Assembly (NCBI GenBank): GCA_965178125.1
Contig: OZ237770.1
Span: 1-64,000 of the forward strand
Length of the DNA: 64,000 nt
Direction: 5' to 3'
Origin: Bilabrum cf. latius
Taxonomy: Eukaryota
Part shown: positions 1 to 10,546 of the stretch, piece after piece
Position numbering within the stretch: position 1 is the stretch's first letter
How the letters are laid out: every line of letters starts with the position of its first letter
Notes under the pieces: model-generated
The model's database searches: none
What the model was told of the DNA's origin: nothing
What the model saw: only the letters and a program-made list of their open reading frames with translations
Translations under genes and position numbers: made by a program

Positions 1-589
1 ACCCTAACCCTAACCCTAACCCTAACCCTAACCCTAACCCTAACCCTAACCCTAACCCTAACCCTAACCCTAACCCTAACCCTAACCCTAACCCTAACCC
101 TAACCCTAACCCTAACCCTAACCCTAACCCTAACCCTAACCCTAACCCTAACCCTAACCCTAACCCTAACCCTAACCCTAACCCTAACCCTAACCCTAAC
201 CCTAACCCTAACCCTAACCCTAACCCTAACCCTAACCCTAACCCTAACCCTAACCCTAACCCTAACCCTAACCCTAACCCTAACCCTAACCCTAACCCTA
301 ACCCTAACCCTAACCCTAACCCTAACCCTAACCCTAACCCTAACCCTAACCCTAACCCTAACCCTAACCCTAACCCTAACCCTAACCCTAACCCTAACCC
401 TAACCCTAACCCTAACCCTAACCCTAACCCTAACCCTAACCCTAACCCTAACCCTAACCCTAACCCTAACCCTAACCCTAACCCTAACCCTAACCCTAAC
501 CCTAACCCTAACCCTAACCCTAACCCTAACCCTAACCCTAACCCTAACCCTAACCCTAACCCTAACCCTAACCCTAACCCTAACCCTAA
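1..589. repeat. Terminal telomeric tract (CCCTAA)n, TTAGGG type
   Basis: Perfect CCCTAA hexamers run from position 1, with the C-rich strand at the 5' end as expected for a left chromosome end. Confidence 0.97.
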
Positions 590-3500
590 ACCCTGTGAAA
601 TTCTTCATACACCCATATCGGCGCCGCGCGGCCAGAACGGAACCTGGGGAATATTTGGCCCATGTTTTGCCCCCAGGCCGTCCCGATGCAGTTTGAACGG
701 TCTTCATATCACCTGTAGTTGCCGAGATCGTAGCACGTCGTTTTTCGGTGTGAAATTCTTCATACACCCATATCGGCGCCGCGCGGCCAGAACGGAACCT
801 GGGGAACATTTGGCCCATGTTGTGCCCCCAGGCCGTCCCGATGCAGTTTGAACGGTCTTCATATCACCTGTAGTTGCCGAGATCGTAGCACGTCGTTTTT
901 CGGTGTGAAATTCTTCATACACCCATATCGGCGCCGCGCGGCCAGAACGGAACCTGGGGAACATTTGGCCCATGTTGTGCCCCCAGGCCGTCCCGATGCA
1001 GTTTGAACGGTCTTCATATCACCTGTAGTTGCCGAGATCGTAGCACGTCGTTTTTCGGTGTGAAATTCTTCATACACCCATATCGGCGCATACACCCATA
1101 TCGGCGCCGCGCGGCCAGAACGGAACCTGGGGAACATTTGGCCCATGTTGTGCCCCCAGGCCGTCCCGATGCAGTTTGAACGGTCTTCATATCACCTGTA
1201 GTTGCCGAGATCGTAGCACGTCGTTTTTCGACAAATATTGAAGATGAAAATATTTTTTCCCCGACCCTGTCCCTGACTTTATATTAGATACCCTAACCCT
1301 AACCCTAACCCTAACCCTAACCCTAACCCTAACCCTAACCCTAACCCTAACCCTAACCCTAACCCTAACCCTAACCCTAACCCTAACCCTAACCCTAACC
1401 CTAACCCTAACCCTAACCCTAACCCTAACCCTAACCCTAACCCTAACCCTAACCCTAACCCTAACCCTAACCCTAACCCTAACCCTAACCCTAACCCTAA
1501 CCCTAACCCTAACCCTAACCCTAACCCTAACCCTAACCCTAACCCTAACCCTAACCCTAACCCTAACCCTAACCCTAACCCTAACCCTAACCCTAACCCT
1601 AACCCTAACCCTAACCCTAACCCTAACCCTAACCCTAACCCTAACCCTAACCCTAACCCTAACCCTAACCCTAACCCTAACCCTAACCCTAACCCTAACC
1701 CTAACCCTAACCCTAACCCTAACCCTAACCCTAACCCTAACCCTAACCCTAACCCTAACCCTAACCCTAACCCTAACCCTAACCCTAACCCTAACCCTAA
1801 CCCTAACCCTAACCCTAACCCTAACCCTAACCCTAACCCTAACCCTAACCCTAACCCTAACCCTAACCCTAACCCTAACCCTAACCCTAACCCTAACCCT
1901 AACCCTAACCCTAACCCTAACCCTAACCCTAACCCTAACCCTAACCCTAACCCTAACCCTAACCCTAACCCTAACCCTAAACCCTGTGAAATTCTTCATA
2001 CACCCATATCGGCGCCGCGCGGCCAGAACGGAACCTGGGGAATATTTGGCCCATGTTTTGCCCCCAGGCCGTCCCGATGCAGTTTGAACGGTCTTCATAT
2101 CACCTGTAGTTGCCGAGATCGTAGCACGTCGTTTTTCGGTGTGAAATTCTTCATACACCCATATCGGCGCCGCGCGGCCAGAACGGAACCTGGGGAACAT
2201 TTGGCCCATGTTGTGCCCCCAGGCCGTCCCGATGCAGTTTGAACGGTCTTCATATCACCTGTAGTTGCCGAGATCGTAGCACGTCGTTTTTCGGTGTGAA
2301 ATTCTTCATACACCCATATCGGCGCCGCGCGGCCAGAACGGAACCTGGGGAACATTTGGCCCATGTTGTGCCCCCAGGCCGTCCCGATGCAGTTTGAACG
2401 GTCTTCATATCACCTGTGGTCTTCATATCACCTGTAGTTGCCGAGATCGTAGCACGTCGTTTTTCGGTGTGAAATTCTTCATACACCCATATCGGCGCCG
2501 CGCGGCCAGAACGGAACCTGGGGAACATTTGGCCCATGTTGTGCCCCCAGGCCGTCCCGATGCAGTTTGAACGGTCTTCATATCACCTGTAGTTGCCGAG
2601 ATCGTAGCACGTCGTTTTTCGACAAATATTGAAGATGAAAATATTTTTTCCCCGACCCTGTCCCTGACTTTATATTAGATACCCTAACCCTAACCCTAAC
2701 CCTAACCCTAACCCTAACCCTAACCCTAACCCTAACCCTAACCCTAACCCTAACCCTAACCCTAACCCTAACCCTAACCCTAACCCTAACCCTAACCCTA
2801 ACCCTAACCCTAACCCTAACCCTAACCCTAACCCTAACCCTAACCCTAACCCTAACCCTAACCCTAACCCTAACCCTAACCCTAACCCTAACCCTAACCC
2901 TAACCCTAACCCTAACCCTAACCCTAACCCTAACCCTAACCCTAACCCTAACCCTAACCCTAACCCTAACCCTAACCCTAACCCTAACCCTAACCCTAAC
3001 CCTAACCCTAACCCTAACCCTAACCCTAACCCTAACCCTAACCCTAACCCTAACCCTAACCCTAACCCTAACCCTAACCCTAACCCTAACCCTAACCCTA
3101 ACCCTAACCCTAACCCTAACCCTAACCCTAACCCTAACCCTAACCCTAACCCTAACCCTAACCCTAACCCTAACCCTAACCCTAACCCTAACCCTAACCC
3201 TAACCCTAACCCTAACCCTAACCCTAACCCTAACCCTAACCCTAACCCTAACCCTAACCCTAACCCTAACCCTAACCCTAACCCTAACCCTAACCCTAAC
3301 CCTAACCCTAACCCTAACCCTAACCCTAACCCTAACCCTAACCCTAACCCTAACCCTAACCCTAACCCTAACCCTAACCCTAACCCTAACCCTAACCCTA
3401 ACCCTAACCCTAACCCTAACCCTAACCCTAACCCTAACCCTAACCCTAACCCTAACCCTAACCCTAACCCTAACCCTAACCCTAACCCTAACCCTAACCC

Positions 3501-5797
3501 TAACCCTAACCCTAACCCTAACCCTAACCCTAACCCTAACCCTAACCCTAACCCTAACCCTAACCCTAACCCTAACCCTAACCCTAACCCTAACCCTAAC
3601 CCTAACCCTAACCCTAACCCTAACCCTAACCCTAACCCTAACCCTAACCCTAACCCTAACCCTAACCCTAACCCTAACCCTAACCCTAACCCTAACCCTA
3701 ACCCTAACCCTAACCCTAACCCTAACCCTAACCCTAACCCTAACCCTAACCCTAACCCTAACCCTAACCCTAACCCTAACCCTAACCCTAACCCTAACCC
3801 TAACCCTAACCCTAACCCTAACCCTAACCCTAACCCTAACCCTAACCCTAACCCTAACCCTAAACCCTGTGAAATTCTTCATACACCCATATCGGCGCCG
3901 CGCGGCCAGAACGGAACCTGGGGAATATTTGGCCCATGTTTTGCCCCCAGGCCGTCCCGATGCAGTTTGAACGGTCTTCATATCACCTGTAGTTGCCGAG
4001 ATCGTAGCACGTCGTTTTTCGGTGTGAAATTCTTCATACACCCATATCGGCGCCGCGCGGCCAGAACGGAACCTGGGGAACATTTGGCCCATGTTGTGCC
4101 CCCAGGCCGTCCCGATGCAGTTTGAACGGTCTTCATATCACCTGTAGTTGCCGAGATCGTAGCACGTCGTTTTTCGGTGTGAAATTCTTCATACACCCAT
4201 ATCGGCGCCGCGCGGCCAGAACGGAACCTGGGGAACATTTGGCCCATGTTGTGCCCCCAGGCCGTCCCGATGCAGTTTGAACGGTCTTCATATCACCTGT
4301 AGTTGCCGAGATCGTAGCACGTCGTTTTTCGGTGTGAAATTCTTCATACACCCATATCGGCGCCGCGCGGCCAGAACGGAACCTGGGGAACATTTGGCCC
4401 ATGTTGTGCCCCCAGGCCGAGGCCGTCCCGATGCAGTTTGAACGGTCTTCATATCACCTGTAGTTGCCGAGATCGTAGCACGTCGTTTTTCGACAAATAT
4501 TGAAGATGAAAATATTTTTTCCCCGACCCTGTCCCTGACTTTATATTAGATACCCTAACCCTAACCCTAACCCTAACCCTAACCCTAACCCTAACCCTAA
4601 CCCTAACCCTAACCCTAACCCTAACCCTAACCCTAACCCTAACCCTAACCCTAACCCTAACCCTAACCCTAACCCTAACCCTAACCCTAACCCTAACCCT
4701 AACCCTAACCCTAACCCTAACCCTAACCCTAACCCTAACCCTAACCCTAACCCTAACCCTAACCCTAACCCTAACCCTAACCCTAACCCTAACCCTAACC
4801 CTAACCCTAACCCTAACCCTAACCCTAACCCTAACCCTAACCCTAACCCTAACCCTAACCCTAACCCTAACCCTAACCCTAACCCTAACCCTAACCCTAA
4901 CCCTAACCCTAACCCTAACCCTAACCCTAACCCTAACCCTAACCCTAACCCTAACCCTAACCCTAACCCTAACCCTAACCCTAACCCTAACCCTAACCCT
5001 AACCCTAACCCTAACCCTAACCCTAACCCTAACCCTAACCCTAACCCTAACCCTAACCCTAACCCTAACCCTAACCCTAACCCTAACCCTAACCCTAACC
5101 CTAACCCTAACCCTAACCCTAACCCTAACCCTAACCCTAACCCTAACCCTAACCCTAACCCTAACCCTAACCCTAACCCTAACCCTAACCCTAACCCTAA
5201 CCCTAACCCTAACCCTAACCCTAACCCTAACCCTAACCCTAACCCTAACCCTAACCCTAAACCCTGTGAAATTCTTCATACACCCATATCGGCGCCGCGC
5301 GGCCAGAACGGAACCTGGGGAATATTTGGCCCATGTTTTGCCCCCAGGCCGTCCCGATGCAGTTTGAACGGTCTTCATATCACCTGTAGTTGCCGAGATC
5401 GTAGCACGTCGTTTTTCGGTGTGAAATTCTTCATACACCCATATCGGCGCCGCGCGGCCAGAACGGAACCTGGGGAACATTTGGCCCATGTTGTGCCCCC
5501 AGGCCGTCCCGATGCAGTTTGAACGGTCTTCATATCACCTGTAGTTGCCGAGATCGTAGCACGTCGTTTTTCGGTGTGAAATTCTTCATACACCCATATC
5601 GGCGCCGCGCGGCCAGAACGGAACCTGGGGAACATTTGGCCCATGTTGTGCCCCCAGGCCGTCCCGATGCAGTTTGAACGGTCTTCATATCACCTGTAGT
5701 TGCCGAGATCGTAGCACGTCGTTTTTCGGTGTGAAATTCTTCATACACCCATATCGGCGCCGCGCGGCCAGAACGGAACCTGGGGAACATTTGGCCC
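590..5797. repeat. Four subfamily-A 155-bp satellite cassettes separated by internal telomere tracts
   Basis: Cassettes lie at 590-1290, 1981-2681, 3864-4552 and 5261-5797 (the last lacks the cap). Internal (CCCTAA)n tracts lie at 1291-1980, 2682-3863 and 4553-5260. All four share the left junction ccctaaaccctgtgaaattc. Confidence 0.95.
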
Positions 5798-6430
5798 AAC
5801 CCTAACCCTAACCCTAACCCTAACCCTAACCCTAACCCTAACCCTAACCCTAACCCTAACCCTAACCCTAACCCTAACCCTAACCCTAACCCTAACCCTA
5901 ACCCTAACCCTAACCCTAACCCTAACCCTAACCCTAACCCTAACCCTAACCCTAACCCTAACCCTAACCCTAACCCTAACCCTAACCCTAACCCTAACCC
6001 TAACCCTAACCCTAACCCTAACCCTAACCCTAACCCTAACCCTAACCCTAACCCTAACCCTAACCCTAACCCTAACCCTAACCCTAACCCTAACCCTAAC
6101 CCTAACCCTAACCCTAACCCTAACCCTAACCCTAACCCTAACCCTAACCCTAACCCTAACCCTAACCCTAACCCTAACCCTAACCCTAACCCTAACCCTA
6201 ACCCTAACCCTAACCCTAACCCTAACCCTAACCCTAACCCTAACCCTAACCCTAACCCTAACCCTAACCCTAACCCTAACCCTAACCCTAACCCTAACCC
6301 TAACCCTAACCCTAACCCTAACCCTAACCCTAACCCTAACCCTAACCCTAACCCTAACCCTAACCCTAACCCTAACCCTAACCCTAACCCTAACCCTAAC
6401 CCTAACCCTAACCCTAACCTAAAACCCTAC
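5798..6430. repeat. Internal telomeric tract with variant repeats at its right end
   Basis: (CCCTAA)n ending in acctaaaaccctac. Confidence 0.95.
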
Positions 6431-7256
6431 CCTTCATCGGCTCGTATCAGCGCCGCGCGACATAAACGGAACCTGGGGAACATTTGGCCCATGTTGTGCC
6501 CCAAGGCCGTCCCAATGCAGTTTGAACGGTCTTCATATGTCCTGTAGTTGCAGAGATCTCAATCCGCGAAAATTCAGCATGATATCCTTCATCGGCTCAT
6601 ATCGGCGCCGCGCGACATAAACGGAGCCTGGGGAACATTTGGCCCATGTTGTGCCCCAAGGCCGTCCCAATGCAGTTTGAACGGTCTTCATATGTCCTGT
6701 AGTTGCCGAGATCTCAATCCGCGAAAATTCAGCATGAAATCCTTCATCGGCTCGTATCAGCGCCGCGCGACATAAACGGAACCTGGGGAACATTTGGCCC
6801 ATGTTGTGCCCCAAGGCCGTCCCAATGCAGTTTGAACGGTCTTCATATGTCCTGTAGTTGCCGAGATCTCAATCCGCGAAAATTCAGCATGATATCCTTC
6901 ATCGGCTCATATCGGCGCCGCGCGACATAAACGGAACCTGGGGAACATTTGGCCCATGTTGTGCCCCAAGGCCGTCCCAATGCAGTTTGAACGGTCTTCA
7001 TATGTCCTGTAGTTGCCGAGATCTCAATCCGCGAAAATTCAGCATGAAATCCTTCATCGGCTCGTATCAGCGCCGCGCGACATAAACGGAACCTGGGGAA
7101 CATTTGGCCCATGTTGTGCCCCAAGGCCGTCCCAATGCAGTTTGAACGGTCTTCATATGTCCTGTAGTTGCCGAGATCTCAATCCGCGAAAATTCGACAA
7201 AAATTGAAGATGAAAATATTTTTTCCCCGACCCTGTCCCTGACTTTATAATAGATA
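6431..7256. repeat. Subfamily-B 155-bp satellite cassette with cap
   Basis: About 5 monomers share the cores ggaacctggggaacatttg and atgcagtttgaacggtcttcatat with subfamily A. It ends in the cap ...ccccgaccctgtccctgactttataatagata. Confidence 0.93.
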
Positions 7257-7887
7257 CCCTAACCCTAACCCTAACCCTAACCCTAACCCTAACCCTAACC
7301 CTAACCCTAACCCTAACCCTAACCCTAACCCTAACCCTAACCCTAACCCTAACCCTAACCCTAACCCTAACCCTAACCCTAACCCTAACCCTAACCCTAA
7401 CCCTAACCCTAACCCTAACCCTAACCCTAACCCTAACCCTAACCCTAACCCTAACCCTAACCCTAACCCTAACCCTAACCCTAACCCTAACCCTAACCCT
7501 AACCCTAACCCTAACCCTAACCCTAACCCTAACCCTAACCCTAACCCTAACCCTAACCCTAACCCTAACCCTAACCCTAACCCTAACCCTAACCCTAACC
7601 CTAACCCTAACCCTAACCCTAACCCTAACCCTAACCCTAACCCTAACCCTAACCCTAACCCTAACCCTAACCCTAACCCTAACCCTAACCCTAACCCTAA
7701 CCCTAACCCTAACCCTAACCCTAACCCTAACCCTAACCCTAACCCTAACCCTAACCCTAACCCTAACCCTAACCCTAACCCTAACCCTAACCCTAACCCT
7801 AACCCTAACCCTAACCCTAACTCTAACCCTAACCCTAACCCTAACCCTAACCCTAACCCTAACCCTAACCCCTACCCTACCCCCTAA
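7257..7887. repeat. Internal telomeric tract
   Basis: (CCCTAA)n with variants (ctctaa, cccctac) towards the right end. Confidence 0.95.
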
Positions 7888-10337
7888 CCGGCCTATCTAA
7901 CCCGCATCGTATAGCACGCACATCCTGTCTGTGGGCCGAGAAATCGGCGTTCTCCGTATAGCTAGGGTTACGAAAGTGGCATATTTGGGTGTTTAATGGT
8001 CCATATCTCAGCCGATACTGGTCGTTGATGGCTGCGGCTTCGTCATGGCCGGGTCACGACTGCTTTCGCGTCGGTTACTTTTCGAACTCGGAGTCGAATT
8101 TCACACCCCTTCCTGCCCTCACTGTGCCCTCGGACTGTATCATGGAGGTGCTCCAGACCCACAGGCATGTGCTGCGACGCAGTTTGACCACCAGCATGCA
8201 TCACGGCGAATGGTAGAGTCAGAGCCATGAAATCCATGTGTTCCAGGATATGTGATCTCGGATTGCCGAAGTAGCCCGGCGTGGCATTTTTATAGAATGC
8301 ATATTCAAACGCACTCATGCCGCATCTGGTTGCTGAGCTATCGGGACTTGCGCAAATGTTTGGGCTAGCCCGAATCTTTGATCCATGTTTTCTCAGCCCG
8401 GAAATATGTCCAATGCCTTACACCTTCCACATGATGTCTACGCACCTCTGTTCCCTGGAATTACTCGGAGTTTCATAATTTTCAACCAAGTCTCACTCTT
8501 ACCGGTCTGTGACATGCACCCTATTCCTAGCCTTGCCCCTTTGTGGGGGAGTTGCAAATTCGATTTGCTGATTCATGAGTTTGCATTATTGCACTGTATC
8601 ATTTACGGTACTTGGTTTTCTGACATGATTAAAAAATCCACCCAATTTTCGGGGCCAACCTCCTCTCGCCGGTATATGACATACACCCTATTCCTAGCCT
8701 TGCCCCTTTGTGGGGGAGTTGCAAATTTGATTTGCTGATTCATGAGTTTGCATTATTGCACTGTATCATTTACGGTACTTGGTTTTCTGACATGATTAAA
8801 AAATCCACCCAATTTTCGGGGCCAACCTCCTCTCGCCGGTATATGACATACACCCTATTCCTAGCCTTGCCCCTTTGTGGGGGAGTTGCAAATTCGATTT
8901 GCTGATTCATGAGTTTGCATTATTGCACTGTATCATTTACGGTACTTGGTTTTCTGACATTAATGAAGATCGCCAGTCACCCAGTCACTGTGGGCGTGGC
9001 GCCGACCAGATGAGCACTTACTTGTATTGCTCGATTGCTCGAGAGCTGTGTGCCAGCCATTCTCCAAACTTCGCACACATGACACATGATGATGACTCAA
9101 AGTGCGAATGAACGGCTGAAATCAAGAAATCTCATTTACAGCTAATGAACGCCCCTAAGGAAAACCTCTTACCTAACCCGAACCCATGTACGTATGCAAA
9201 CCCAACCATGTAGGTGTGCAAACCCCATACTTGCAATGCTTGATGTAATAGAATCACGGGGAACATTTGCCCCCAGTTGTGGTCCCAGGCCGTCCCGATG
9301 CAGTTTGAACGGTCTTCATATCTCATCTGGTTGCCGAGATCGCCGCGCGCATTTTTTCTGCATGACAATCTTCGTCCCACCATACTGTCGCCGCGCGGTA
9401 TAAACGGAACCTGGGGAACATTTGCCCCCTGTTGTGGTCCCAGGCCGTCCCGATGCAGTTTGAACGGTCTTCATATCTCCTGTGGTTGCCGAGATCGCCG
9501 CGCGCATTTTTTCTGCCTGAAAATCTTCGTCCCCCCATACTGTCGCCGCGCGGTCAAAACGGAATCTGGGGAACATTTGCCTAACATTGTACCCCCAGGC
9601 CGTCCCGATGCAGTATGAACGGTCTTCATATCTCATCTGGTTGCCGAGATCGTCGCGCGCATTTTTTCTGCATGACAATCTTCGTCCAGCCATATTGTCG
9701 CCGCGCGGTATAAACGGAACCTGGGGAACATTTGCCCCCAGTTGTGGTCCCAGGCCGTCCCGATGCAGTTTGAACGGTCTTCATATCTCATCTGGTTGCC
9801 GAGATCGCCGCGCGCATTTTTTCTGCATGACAATCTTCGTCCAGCCATATTGTCGCCGCGCGGTATAAACGGAACCTGGGGAACATTTGCCCCCAGTTGT
9901 GGTCCCAGGCCGTCCCGATGCAGTTTGAACGGTCTTCATATCTCATCTGGTTGCCGAGATCGTCGCGCGCATTTTTTCTGCATGACAATCTTCGTCCAGC
10001 CATATTGTCGCCGCGCGGTCAAAACGGAACCTGGGGAACATTTGCCCCCAGTTGTACCCCCAGGCCGTCCCGATGCAGTTTGAACGGTCTTCATATCTCA
10101 TCTGGTTGCCGAGATCGTTGCGCGCATTTTTTCTGCATGACAATCTTCGTCCAGCCATATTGTCGCCGCGCGGTCAAAACGGAACCTGGGGAACATTTGC
10201 CCCCAGGCCGTCCCGATGCAGTTTGAACGGTCCTCATATCTCATCTGGTTGCCGAGATCGTCGCGCGCATTTTTTCGACAAAAAGTGAAGATGAAAAAAA
10301 ATTTTCCCCGACCCTGTCCCTGACTTTATATTAGATA
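7888..10337. repeat. Subtelomeric composite unit, copy 1: unique segment, 167-bp repeats, subfamily-C 155-bp array and cap
   Basis: Near-identical to 10970-13431 (offset 3082). The 167-bp repeat spans about 8511-8960 and the 155-bp array about 9257-10276. Confidence 0.92.
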
Positions 10338-10546
10338 CCCTAACCCTAACCCTAACCCTAACCCTAACCCTAACCCTAACCCTAACCCTAACCCTAACCC
10401 TAACCCTAACCCTAACCCTAACCCTAACCCTAACCCTAACCCTAACCCTAACCTAACCCTAACCCTAACCCTAACCCTAACCCTAACCCTAACCCTAACC
10501 CTAACCCTAACCCTAACCCCTACCCTAACCTAACCCTAACCCTAAC
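10338..10546. repeat. Short internal telomeric tract with variant repeats
   Basis: (CCCTAA)n with cctaa and cccctac variants. Confidence 0.93.

Noticed and set aside
1187-5489. Long (RV)n / (GL)n ORFs, also at 13328-14404
   Set aside because: They are translations of TTAGGG repeats, not genes.
7888-9256. Autonomous telomeric retroelement ORF or hammerhead ribozyme in the composite unit
   Set aside because: In the frames I checked there is no long ORF even with TAG=Gln and no RT motif. I saw no convincing CUGAnGA...GAAA core by eye.
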